From Chrysomallon squamiferum (taxonomy: Eukaryota; Animalia; Mollusca): DNA of 64,000 nt. The stretch's first letter is position 1. Every line of letters begins with the position of its first letter. This document shows positions 1 through 12,588 of this stretch, one piece after another. The stretch covers positions 4,402,001-4,466,000 of the forward strand of contig CM022671.1 in assembly GCA_012295275.1 (NCBI GenBank). Reading direction: 5' to 3'. Under the pieces are notes generated by a model. It saw nothing but the letters and a program-made list of their open reading frames with translations, had not been told where the DNA came from and did not search any database. The translations under genes were made by a program, and so were the position numbers.

Positions 1-695
1 TTGGTTCCTAATAAAATATATATTTGAAGTTAGGGTATGCTTCAGTTATAACTGCATTTCTGCACTGTACGAAAATGATAACCATCCTCTCTTTAAAAAC
101 AACAACAACCAATAAATAAATAAAAAATCCCTAGATCTCATCAACTGAAATATATTTCTTTGTATAATGATGATGATGATGATGATATTAAATAAATGAA
201 TAAATAAATAAAAAATATATATTTACAATATTTACATTTTCAGTGACATAAAGGCTAAGCCACAAATTTGAAGGGATTTTATGGATTTCCAAGACAGGAA
301 AATATCATATATATACATACAATGTGTATACAGAATCTCCATATAATAAAAATCAAAGCCATTTCCTCACTTCTGTACAAAAAAAAATGCAAACCTTCTT
401 TGTCACAGTCTCAGTTATTTGTTGAATTACTGAGACTACATGTCCACCCAAGGGAAGTGTGGCACCATGAAATCATAGAAAATAGCACTATTTAAAAAAA
501 AAAAAATTCCTGGATTTTGCATTATGATGCATGTGTCATTAACAAAACCATTTTATACAAATTACACTTCAAGCCCAGAGAGTCTGAATTTTTTTGTCAA
601 GACTCCTGGACCTGAGTCACAACCTACATACATATTTGTATTTTAACATCTGTTCACATTTTTCAGTAGTCTGTATTTACACAAAAGATGGCTAC

Positions 696-880
696 CCTAT
701 AATAAGCTGGACTACATTGGACCCTGCATATCTCTTGACGTCTTCTAACCAGCGAGGAATGTTGTCAAACGATGACCTCTTGGTGATGTCGTAGGCGATG
801 ATCACCCCATTAGCACTGCGGTAGTAGCTCTGCGTGATGGTGCGGAAACGTTCCTGTCCTGCCGTGTCCCAGATCTGTAG
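696..880 (-). CDS. RAB43: Rab43/Rab19 GTPase, coding exon 2; the remaining exon(s) are not visible in the window
   Basis: Acceptor ttctgacag|, then [69 protein letters not shown] and [10 protein letters not shown] are typical of the Rab19/43 and Rab30 groups; [12 protein letters not shown] favours Rab43/19. The first GT after the Gly codon is at 695-694. Confidence 0.92.
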
Positions 881-1400
881 CTGTCAGAATCAAAAACCTA
901 CACTTTACTATCACTGACACTGCAGTTAATGTTTCTATGGTAAAGACATTTCTCTGTCAAATGCAGATATTATACACGATACTATCAATAAAAAGCATTT
1001 TGCAAATACAATCCTTTTTGGATTCCACACATGATAATAAAATGATTATTTTTAAATATACAACTATTTTCATGAATTATATATAACTGCATTTTTATTT
1101 TTGTTTTTGTCTGAAACTGATGAACAATAACATTAACGATATCATATAGCGTTATACTTTATAGACTGTATTTTATTTGACAATTTTCTTTTTCATTAAG
1201 GTAGTCTAGGCTGTAAATATCATCTTCAAATAATTTGATATACTATTTAAATATGTCTTTAGATTATAATATACTTATTATATTGGTGCTACTACTACTA
1301 CTACTACCACTACTAATAATAATGACGTTGTCTTTCACTATTAAATATTCAAATAATGGTGAAATATATTTTGAACGATGTAGATTAAAATGATATGAAC

Positions 1401-1598
1401 CTTTACAAGTTTCCTTTCAATATCTAACGTTTTCATGGTAAAATCCACGCCGATTGTACTGCCATGTTTTTCCGTGTACGTTCCAGATTTGAACCTCTGT
1501 ACTATGCACGTTTTACCTACTCCGGCGTCTCCAATTAAAACAATTTTAAATAAAAAATCAAACTGTTCGTCGGGATCATGTGACGAATGGTATGCCAT
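1401..1598 (-). CDS. RAB43: Rab43/Rab19-family small GTPase, coding exon 1 (66 aa)
   Basis: [39 protein letters not shown]...[20 protein letters not shown] contains the P-loop GDAGVGKT and switch I TIGVDF. A GT donor follows K66 directly (phase 0). Confidence 0.92.
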
Positions 1599-2110
1599 GA
1601 CTGAATGTGAAAAAACGGAAACCCTGGAAACGGTTAAGTGTTAATTAGTGAAACAAAGTGAAACATTTTGTCACTGTCACTGAAACTTTGTATTTTTCGT
1701 CAATCCGGAAATGAGATCATCGAACGAGCACTGCTTCTGTTTACTTCCTCTTCTGATATCGCTTACACCAATGAAAATAAACAAAAATAAAAATAATTAT
1801 ATATAAATAAAAATTAAACTTTTTAAAAATTATTATTATTGTATTTGTTATATATCATTATTTTATTAAATGTTATGAAATATTTAATTTATTTCTATTA
1901 TAATCTTATTTTATAGAAATAAATAAGTGTTTTTAGCCAAATGTAAAAATAGGTAAATTTGTTTTTGAGGCCTCCGGTAGATGTCACGATTTCGTGAGGC
2001 ACTCCCTTGGAGGTCAGCTTGGAGGGCCATTGATTTATCGTTTTATTTTTATTTACTTAATTTTAATTTTAAACTGATGAGAAATATTTCAAAGTAAAAC
2101 ACAAACAAAA
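1599..2110. promoter_or_regulatory. Bidirectional promoter region shared by Rab43 and the THAP gene
   Basis: The divergent ATGs are 512 bp apart. ETS-like CCGGAA at 1705 and ACTTCC at 1743; palindrome TCACGA-TT-TCGTGA at 1984-1997; locally elevated CpG. Confidence 0.7.
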
Positions 2111-2336
2111 ATGGTGAACACGTGCTGCATAACAGGATGCACGAGCAGAAGCAATAAATCGTGGGGAATTAATTTTTTCCGAATCCCAGCGGCTAACGAG
2201 TTGAGACGAGGAAGGAGATTCGCGGAGTTGGCGCAAAAACGCAGACGAGAATGGTTTCGGAAAATAAATCGCAACAGCATAACAGAGAAAACTGTCAGAC
2301 CGTGGGCTCGTGTTTGTTCGCGACATTTCCATTCGG
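2111..2336 (+). CDS. THAP-domain protein, exon 1 (C2CH zinc finger)
   Basis: MVNTCCITGC...FFRIP...RRREWFRKINR...ARVCSRHFHSG shows the THAP C-x4-C...P...W...C-x2-H-F signature. Donor G|GTAGGT at 2337 (phase 1). Confidence 0.9.
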
Positions 2337-2699
2337 GTAGGTTTGAAATGTGTGCTCTTCGACACCATGCTCATCGTTACATCTGTCTCAGTGTCTGTCT
2401 GTGAGTGTGCGTGTGCCTGCATGGTTTCGGTATTAACTTTCTTATTCTTTTAAATCCTTGCTAGGATCAATATTCATCCATATTAATCAAGATTTTCCTG
2501 TTATTAACCACAGTTCAGATAAAATTCAAAGTTTTGATAAAAATAAATAGCAGCAATGATTTCTTTTAATGTACAGCTTGGCTAAAAATTAAAAAAAAAA
2601 AAAAAAAGAGAATAAATAATTTATATATACTATAATATATTTTACATGTAGAATCCAAAAGGTTTGCAATAAGATGTGGCCATTATTTATTCATAAATC

Positions 2700-2875
<176 letters not shown>

Positions 2876-3588
2876 ATTAAAATTGTAAATCATGTAGTAC
2901 CTAGTCAGTGATTAATTTAATCAGAACTAAAATTTTGGAGTACTGGTTTGAATGGTATAGAGCTCTTTATGCTTGGGGGGAAGTTAGATATTTATTTATG
3001 AATAGGGTTTGCTCTGACCTCACTGCACATCAGCTGGTATTGCAGAACATCCAGGAATGGCCCACCAATTTCAAACAAGCCAAAATTAGTAAACTAAATA
3101 ACTTTACTGAAGAATAAATGTAAAAAAAAAAAATCATGGCCTTCTGACAACCATCATAGTGTATCAATTCTTTTAACAACAATGATGACAATATGGTAAT
3201 TAGTAATATGGCAAAACATTAATCTTGTATCAACAGTCCCAGTTGTTGTAACTTATCAGCATTTAAGAGTTAAAAAAAGTGAACATACTTTTAACTGCTG
3301 TATTTTGGTTACCTCTATAGTTAATACTAACTCTTTTGTGGACTTACTGTTGACTGACTTCTTTAAGTTGATTAATAGTTAACACTGTTCTCATCTAGTG
3401 TAGACATAATTTGAATAACAACCACAAATTTGTGACATTTAGCTACATGTCAGTAGAGTTTATATATATTTTTTTGTTTTTGGTTGCTTCATCTATGTAT
3501 CCATTCATTAACAAAATCAGAAGGAATTAATTCAGAGAGAAAAACACATTTTTTATTGCGTGTATTTTATCTCTCGTCTTTTCTTCAG

Positions 3589-4490
3589 GCAGACCAGCAG
3601 ATACGTACGATGACTTTGACCCAGACTGGGTTCCCAGCCTCAACTTGGGTTACGACAGCGAAGACAGCAGCAGTGACATGGGTTCTGGGTATGTGAGGGA
3701 AAAGAAGAAGGAAAACACATCAAGTACAAACAATGGAACCAGTTTTCAGCTGCAAGAAAAAATTTTCTTTGCTAATTGTTCAGTTCTGCCCAGAAGAAAC
3801 ATTAGTGATGTCATCAGTGCGAGACGGGAATGGAATGATTCAAACTGTGTTTCAGATGGTGCAAGATATCATTTGAAACCGGAATGGAAGCTTTCAGATT
3901 GTGATTCAAATGATGCAAAGTGTGACTTGATGAACATAAAACAGGAACAGACTGACTCAAATTATGATTCAGATAATACAGAGTGTGATTTGATGAATAT
4001 AAACCAGGAATGGAAGCTTTCAGACAGCGATTCAAATGATGCAAAATGTGATTTGATGAACATAAAACAGGAACAGACTGACTCAAATTATTACTCAGAT
4101 AATACAGACTGTGATTGGATGAATATTAAACAGGAAGAGACTGACTCAAATTTTAATTCAGATAATACAGAGTGTGATTGGATGAATATAAAACAGGAAC
4201 AGACTGACTCAAATTCTAATTCAGATAATAGAGATTGTGATTTGATGAATATAAAACAGGAACGAACAGCTTCAGATTGTGATTTGATCGGTATAAAACA
4301 GGAATGGATGGACTCAAACTGTGATTTGAATGATAACAATTGTGATTCAAGTGAGCAGTCAATGACACATTTGGAATGTCTTCAGGAAGAAGTACAGTAT
4401 TTGAGAAAAGAAAATTTGAGACTTAAACAGATTCTTGAATCATGTACGTTTTGCAAAAGGTTGGTAAAAGATCGTGAAAAAACATTTTAA
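3589..4490 (+). CDS. THAP-domain protein, exon 2 (end of THAP domain, 21-aa repeats, coiled coil); joined CDS 375 aa
   Basis: Polypyrimidine tract and ttcttcag| acceptor. The phase-1 join reads HFHSGRPADTYDDFDPDWVPSLNLGY (AVPTIF-equivalent box). Open to TAA at 4490, ending in the heptad-like LECLQEEVQYLRKENLRLKQILE. Confidence 0.88.
3873..4350 (+). repeat. Coding 63-bp tandem repeat (about 7-8 units; consensus ~CDLMNIKQEQTDSNxDSDNTE)
   Basis: psi-K-x-E or cognate codons start at 3873, 3936, 3999, 4062, 4125, 4188 and 4251 (exact 63-bp period), then 4293 (shortened unit). Confidence 0.93.
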
Positions 4491-5440
4491 ATAAACATTG
4501 TCAGTTAAAGGAATATTGATAACAAAAGTGTCAGAATGGAAGAAACTGTGATTTAAATGTGAAAACATTGCCCAATCTTTAATGTGAACAGAACGAAAAA
4601 AGAAATATATATATATTTATATTTGCTTAAGTACATATCTTATTTGGATACTGTATAAAAGATAGCATGAGTATGTATTATAGTGGTGTCTTTTAAAAAA
4701 GGATAACTATAAGACTGGTATTGTCATAGTATATCTCTTACATATTCAGTTTCTAAACTTCCTATCATTCTAACAAGACTGTTATTGGTAAATCATATAT
4801 TGCCTGTCCAAGACAGTTTGCTTATAATAAATACTATAAAGAAAAACAAGGGTTGTCGTTTTAAATCATCAATTGGCAGGAGTCTGAGATAATGTACGAT
4901 CCCAATATGTAGATATTTGCTATGGAGATTTGAGGATAGACCTGGAACATGGATAAACAATCAGAGATTGATCATCCATGATCTGGTACGTTTCAAGGCC
5001 GATAATTTCATCATAATCATCACGTGATCACTGTGATCCGAGACCGATACAACAATAAGCGTGTCGTGACAAAGTTGTAAAGGTTTTTTTTTTGTAAAGT
5101 AATTGACCTTTTGATGCCGTCTATCCCATTTCGTTCCCAGAAAGCAGTTCTGGTTATTGCTGTTTTATGTCACTGTAGGAGGACGCAGTGAAAAACAACC
5201 ACACGGAGATATTGTTGTTGTAAGCTGCAGATCAATCTATCGAGCGAAAGAAATCGTTGATGTTTGTGTCAGATTAAAGATAAAAGATCAAAGCAGCAGC
5301 AAAGCAACTGCAACCATGATAAATACATAATATCAGATAAAAAAAAAAAAAAAAAATAATAATACCCAAAATTAATAATAATAAAGACAATAAGCTATCA
5401 AACGAAAACAAACACTTCATGTCGAAAAAATCTCATTTCT

Positions 5441-5526
<86 letters not shown>

Positions 5527-5840
5527 GCACACACACACACACACGTATCGACCCTGTCATTAAAGAGTACACACAAACTAACACCCTCCGGCAGAGTCCA
5601 CATCATTTCACTAGGCCTGAATTAATTAACCCTGTTCCAAGCTTCACTGTCGTTTTTTTTGTTTGTTGTCTAGACATTTCATTATCGAATACGAGATAAG
5701 AACATGCATTTTATGTCGACATTTATTCAATAGCAATGGAATAAAGTATTATTTCACATTGATTTATTGATTATGATATTAAATACAGGAAATGCAAAAA
5801 ATGCAAGTAAACATGAAGTTCTTTGACCCGATTCTACGTT

Positions 5841-5874
<34 letters not shown>

Positions 5875-6886
5875 TTTTAAAGAAACGATATACAATAAAT
5901 AATATTATTTCAGAATTTGATGATTAATTCAAAATTATACATATATATGAAGAAAATAAAAATGAGAAAAATATATTAATAATAATAATAATAGTAATAA
6001 TAATAAACACAAATACAAAATATAACTAGCAAGCCAATCAAACGCGTGCGCGCGCGCACACACACATACGTGATTTCCTTCCTCTTCTCCCAAAAGACCA
6101 ACAATAACGACACCCCCCCCAAAAAAAAACCAAACAAACCCACTCAAACAAACAAACAACAACAACAAAAATCAGAATCAAAAACAAAATAAAAAGCAAT
6201 CAGACAAACGAAAGACAGAACGAACACCACCATCACCAAGAACAAAACAACAGACAAATATGTCAGTCGTGAGACCCTTTTGGAAAGGGACATAAATCAT
6301 CTACTCGATAAAATTACCCAACAGAACAGACTCAGCGGGTTTTGTTTCTGTTGCGTCATTTTATTACAGACACACAATGAACGTTAATGTTAAATTAAAC
6401 TGTTAATAGTTAACTATTAATCCAGCTTTCGTTCATTAATATTCAGTTAAAAGTTTCCACACAAAGCCAGGGAAGGCAAAGAACCTATTTGCACTAACAT
6501 GGCAGCTTATTAATATTTGATGAAATAAAACCTACTTCAGTTAACAAATCATTCGTTTTTGTTTCCCAAAACGTTATAGAAACTGGAAACAAATATTTTT
6601 TTTTTCTTAGTAAAACGTTATACAAATCTCTTTTGTGACAAAGAAGAATAAAGAGAGACAGAGAGAGATATAAAAAATAAAAAAAAGTTTTTGCCACACG
6701 CGTTGTCTTCTGTCTACTCGAGTGCGACTGATTTCAGTTCGACATGCAATGCACACAAAACATATTGACCAGCTTTTATGTTAATGCCGACTAATCTTTC
6801 ATTTTTCATTATTTTAATTTTTTTGTCTTTTGATTGGCCATTGATCGAAATCGCTGTACAGTATCGATTGCAACTCACTTAGCGAA

Positions 6887-6951
6887 ATGCGGCTCGCGTG
6901 GTGTTTCATTTTCGTCTTTCTGACTTCTGCTGCCTGGAGACCAGACGTCAG
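6887..6951 (+). CDS. Candidate first exon of the membrane-protein gene, encoding a signal-peptide-like MRLAWCFIFVFLTSAAWRPDV
   Basis: ATG at 6887, with ATTGG (reverse CCAAT) about 50 bp upstream. Hydrophobic core and strong donor CAG|GTGAGA at 6952 (phase 2). The frame connection to the next exon is ambiguous (see findings). Confidence 0.5.
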
Positions 6952-7465
6952 GTGAGAGTCGTTCTCCATTTCTTTCTTTGACCTTTTTTCTTTTCTTCTT
7001 TCTTTTTTCTTCTGCGCTCAAGTATGAAAACAAAATGCATTGAATAAAGAGCATTATTAGCGTCTTTTTGTTTTTACTTATTTATTTACTGCATTCGTTG
7101 TTGTTCTTACGTTTTATAGAAATCTGTTATTCTGCCTGTCTGGCTTTTCTGTTTCTGTAATTGTTTTGTTTTAGATTACGTCTAGTCTACGTTTCAGTAA
7201 ATAATGTACTTCTTCTTTGCCTTTCTTTTTTTGTTTTTTGTTTTGTAGAATGTGTCCTTGTTTTGAAATAATTTATATGAATCTTATTGGTCTTTTATTT
7301 ATTTATTTATTTGTTTATTTTTTTATTTTTGTTTTTCACATATTTTTTTGTTTGTTTTTTTCATTTTTCATTTCATTTTGCTTTATTGAAAAAAAAAAAA
7401 AAAAAAAAAAAGAGAGAGACGGGTGGAAAAAAAAGAGAGAGAGAGAGAGAGAGACGGATGGAAAA

Positions 7466-7497
<32 letters not shown>

Positions 7498-7619
7498 AGA
7501 CATTAATTTTATTACTGAGGTAATTCCGTTTTTCTGACTATGTTTGGTCTCAGTCTTGTTATGTTTAGGGTATGATCTATCTCTCTGTCTATCTGTCGCT
7601 TTGTCCGCATATATTCTTT

Positions 7620-7684
<65 letters not shown>

Positions 7685-8686
7685 CAACATAATAGCAATA
7701 ATAATAATAGACGATAACCGACACACACACACACACACATGTATATGTATACAATCTTCATAAGTTAATCATAAAACATATGAAATAAAATATATTCGTC
7801 AGTTTAAAGTGGCATATTACTAAGTTAACACGTCAAACGAGTAATTGCTCTGTATTAACACGTGAAAGCAGATCACTGGAAACATTAATGACTTCTACAT
7901 TATTATTACCAATCATCTCTCGGAAGTGCCATTTTTATAACGACTACTGTTCAATAAAGCAAACAAAGAATACCTTTTTTACCTTTTCCGTTTCTAAAAT
8001 TCTCTTTTCTACTCTTTTTATTTATTTATTTATTTATTTAATTGTTTGTTTGTTTGTTCCTTAAAGCGCTATCTTGGTTTTTGGTGCATCAACATTTTTT
8101 ATTTGATATTTTTGTTTAACAAAAGATAATTTTTAGACGGGAGCGATATCTTGATTTTTACCAAAATCTCGAATCATTAATTAATTCTGAATAAACCCTT
8201 GTTTATATATATAATAGGTTCAAAATAATCTTTTGCTGAAACATTTAATTACTACTATAAGCTGTATGTAAATTTTGGACATCAATGTGTATAATAACTG
8301 ACAAGAGCTTCCTCAAGGTTCGTTGCGATTTTTTATTTTTTTTTTTTTTTTTTTTTTTTTTACGAAACGAGACATTTTAATTGACGCCAGACCCGCGTCT
8401 AACTTCTTACTTTTATTACGCTGAAAGTAATTAACTGTTTCATGCATGGCTTGCACTTTGTTTAATTCGCTAAGATCTTTTCCTTCTTATTACCAGCCTT
8501 TGGTAATAAAAAAATAGTCTGGCAATAAATAAACTGATTTCCTTAATTTGGATTGAAAAATGCTCAAACATTACCAATAAAATTACGCTGCGATCGATAT
8601 AACAACATTAACAGTATACTCTTTTGAATTATTTCACAGATGCCAGGCCATGACGTAGCTATGCGAGAAGAGGATTTCAAACCAAA

Positions 8687-8859
8687 ATGGTGACTGGCGT
8701 GAACTGCAGTTTTACAGACGTGAATGACGTCTTTTACAGCGTTTACTGCGGTACTGACAATCCGTACTGTTGTACTTCCGGTTTAAACCGGACGTGCTCC
8801 AGTGACATCTGTAGCGATTCAGGCAGCACGACAACAACTTTGTCTGCTACAACATTTCT
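8687..8859 (+). CDS. Single-pass membrane protein, Cys-rich ectodomain exon
   Basis: AAAATGG start context. MVTGVNCSFTDVNDVFYSVYCGTDNPYCCTSGLNRTCSSDICSDSGSTTTTLSATTFL has 6 Cys, NCS and NRT sequons and a Ser/Thr stalk. Donor CT|GTGAGT (phase 2). Confidence 0.78.
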
Positions 8860-9229
8860 GTGAGTCTTTCAAATATTTAATTAATATTCATTTGAGAAAA
8901 AAAAAAAAATGAATACGCACGTCAAAAGAACGCTCATTTTACTACGAGACTGTATACATATATTCTAAAGTAAACTAAAAGGGAGAATTCTGGTGGAGAG
9001 AGCGAGAGACATAAAGACAAAGACAGAGCAGACAGACATAGAGACATTCAGATAGAAACACAGAAACAGACCGTGAGAGAGACAGAGAGACAAAGAGATA
9101 GAGAAATTGAGACAGAGTGAGATAGACAAAGCGAGAGAGAGGGAAGTAGAGAAGAGAGACAGTGAGAAACAGAGAGAGACAAAGGGAAACAAAAAGAGAG
9201 AGACACAGAGACACGCACATACAGACAGA

Positions 9230-9283
<54 letters not shown>

Positions 9284-9510
9284 AGAGAGAACACAGAAAG
9301 ACAGAGAGAAAGAAAGAGAGAGAACGATAGATAGAGAGAGAGGCAGAGACAGACAGAAAGAGAGAAAGAAAGACAGAGAGAGAAAGATAGATAGATAGAG
9401 AAATAGAAATAGAGAGAGAGGCAGTGACAGACAGAAAGAGAGAAAGAAAGACAGAGAGAGAAAGATAGATAGAGAGAGAAATAGAAATAGAGAGAGAGGC
9501 AGTGACAAAC

Positions 9511-9606
<96 letters not shown>

Positions 9607-9646
9607 GAAGAGTGAAATTGTTTAATTTTATTATTTCTGGTTCCAG

Positions 9647-9738
9647 ATTTTGGGTCATTCTCGCTGGAGTTGGCAGTATTTTCCTGTTAGTTATACTCAT
9701 CGCATATTTCATATGTATGTATCGGAACCCTAAAGAGG
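9647..9738 (+). CDS. Single-pass membrane protein, transmembrane exon
   Basis: Acceptor ttccag|. FWVILAGVGSIFLLVILIAYFICMY is followed by RNPKE. Donor G|GTTGGT. Phases 2 and 1 match both neighbouring exons. Confidence 0.82.
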
Positions 9739-10036
9739 GTTGGTATTTTATCATTTATTACTATTATTGTTGTTATTTTTTCATTTGTCGAAAATGTCCA
9801 ACTAGCCCCAGTTTAAATTAATATTTCTTCTAATACTTAGCTTCTAAAGTGAGTTGTCTCCCTTAGACTATATTTTCATAACTTAAACTGAAATGATAGT
9901 TTTAGGACATGTTATCCACGTGTAAATTAATTAATTGATTGAACTTAAGTTTATAAATATGACTGATTCAGTCGTGGAACTAATATTCAGATATGAGAAT
10001 AAAGTATTATTATTTAAATTTTCATTTCATCATCGT

Positions 10037-10156
<120 letters not shown>

Positions 10157-10385
10157 GTGACATTACAAATATTTATGAAAGAATCCGTAAAATATATTTT
10201 TTTTTTTTTTTACTTATTTATTTTTTATTATTATTTAATATTTCATTCTCAAGTAAATGAAACAGTCATTTGAAAGTTTAAAACACTGCATATTGGCTAT
10301 TATATATTCGCACCCACAACAAGAATTTATCAAAGTGCCTGTCTAGAACTGTACGTACACAAAAATTCGTTCTTCTCAATTTTAG

Positions 10386-10717
10386 AATGCAGTGCTACCG
10401 GTGAAATATTTGAGGAAACAATCTGTGAAACTCAGATCCGAACAGTGACAACTCGAAAACTTTCTCTTCTCGATCGTACGCCAGACTACAGCGTCAGAAA
10501 GGAAAACGCCAACGTCGTTACAAAGCAACGGAAGTCTCGACCACCCCTTCGCGTTGTCAGCCAGCTCGGAAAATCGAGACCGAATAAAATGATTGGTTCT
10601 TCAGTCAGGAGGAATAACTCTACTTTCCACAGTCCAAGGGACATTATTCACGAACGTTCCGACTCTAAGAAGTCAATCCTCGAAGCAAGAACTCATCTGC
10701 CCGATGTTACAGTATGA
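10386..10717 (+). CDS. Single-pass membrane protein, cytoplasmic tail exon; joined CDS from 8687 is 198 aa
   Basis: Acceptor ttttag|. The phase-1 join gives ECSATGEIFEETICETQIRTV, in frame with track ORF 10445..10717 ending LPDVTV*. ATTAAA/AATAAA at about 11000-11040. Confidence 0.8.
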
Positions 10718-11059
10718 TAATGCTGTACATTTATTTCTTTATATTTTTAAACAATAATGAAAAGAGAATTTATTTTTGATTGCACAATTCAAATTATTTT
10801 TCTTATTAACACTGTTGCCGAGATTATACCGTTTTAGCTTGCAGGATAAGTGTCAAGGACATTTTATTTTTTTTTATTATATATATATATTTTTTTAGTG
10901 ATGTTTGAAATATGTAAGACATTATAACTCATAAAATAACCATGTACTCGTGAATGAAAGTATTTTTGTTTGTTATTTTTCATTATTGACTTACACATTA
11001 AAACAGTTTTTATTGTTTCGAGAGATTTCTAAATAATAAATCAACCTGAAATGTGTGTT

Positions 11060-11902
11060 TCTCTGTATGTATGTATTTATATATGTATGCCTGTATCTAT
11101 GCATGCATGTATGAATGTATGTGTGTTTCTCTATAAGAATATATATTAGTATACAAATAGATGCATGTTTCTCTATATACGTGTATAGTTAAATGTGTCA
11201 GTATGTATGTGTATACTAAATGTGTGTATATGTATGTGTTTGTATGTATGTCAAAGCAAATGTGTCTCTCTATGGGTGTAAATATGTCTATAAATGTATG
11301 TGTGTACGTACATGTCTGTATGTAAATATGTCTAAAGGTGTAGGTATACATATGTATGTGCGTGCTTACAAGCGCATATATATCTATATATGTGTGTATG
11401 TACATGTTTTTATATGTTTACGTATGTAAATGTCTATATATGTATGTGTGTAAGTGTGTCTATATGTATATGTGTGTAGATAAATGCGTCTATATTTGTA
11501 TGTGTCTATGTAAATGTGTGTACATACACGTGCTATATATGTATGTATGTATGTATGTGTGCAGGTAAATGTATCTATATGTGTATGTGTGTATGTAAAT
11601 GTGCGTATATGTGTATGTGTGTACATATGTATTATATATGTATGTATGTATGTAAATGTGTCTATATTTGTATGTGTATACGTACATTTTTCTCTATTAG
11701 TATGTGTGTACATATATGTGTCTATACATTTATTTGTGTATGTGTGCATTGTGTATGTATAGGTTTGTGTGCATGTGTATATATATGTGTGTCTGTGAGG
11801 GTATTTATTTTTTATATGAATTTCAGACACATATACAGAAACATAATATATACATATATGTTTGTGTATATCTATCTATATATATATATAATATATTCGT
11901 GC

Positions 11903-11935
<33 letters not shown>

Positions 11936-12215
11936 TTTGTGTTTGCATGTTCCTGTATATGTATGTGTGTGTGTATACATCTGTAGCTATGTCTGTGTAT
12001 GGTTATATATATATAAACATACACACACATATAGATATATACACACACATACATATATATGAACATGCAAACACATATATATACACACACACACGAATTT
12101 ACATACATGCACATACATACATATATATATATACACAGATATATACATTCACAGAAGCACAAATATACACACACGCACACACACACAGATACATAAACAG
12201 ACAGACAGATATATC
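11060..12215. repeat. Degenerate (TATG/TG)n low-complexity tract, inverting to (CA/CATA)n near 12010
   Basis: Directly visible; source of many spurious YVCM/HTYI ORFs. Confidence 0.9.
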
Positions 12216-12529
12216 TCGACGTGTGGAATTCAAATAACCTTTATTACTGTTGTCAAGCTAATTGTTCTAAAGAATGGTATTAGAATTATCTCCCTTGTCT
12301 AATTTTCTGTTGTCATTATTTTATATTAATCTTTTTTCCACATATAATTTTAATTAATTAATTTATTCAATTATTTATTATCATTAATATCATCATCATC
12401 ATCATCATCATCATCATAAGCATTGTCAACTAATTATGTTTCTACTTTTTATTACATTGGATCTTTTATATTTTTGAAAATAGATGTACTTCATTTTATA
12501 CAATATCTTCAAAGTTTCAATTAATTTTG

Positions 12530-12588
<59 letters not shown>

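Noticed and set aside
1-690. Third Rab43 exon (NKxD...SAK motifs)
   Set aside because: No matching minus-strand sequence found; it presumably lies left of the window.
4491-5300. Transposase DDE remnant downstream of the THAP stop
   Set aside because: No ORF or recognisable catalytic motifs seen; it reads as 3' UTR and intergenic DNA.
8965-9754. Long LSLSLS/ERERER ORFs here and throughout the window (also YVCM, HTHT, poly-N/I/Y)
   Set aside because: Translations of (GA)n, (CA)n, (TATG)n and (AAT)n microsatellites.
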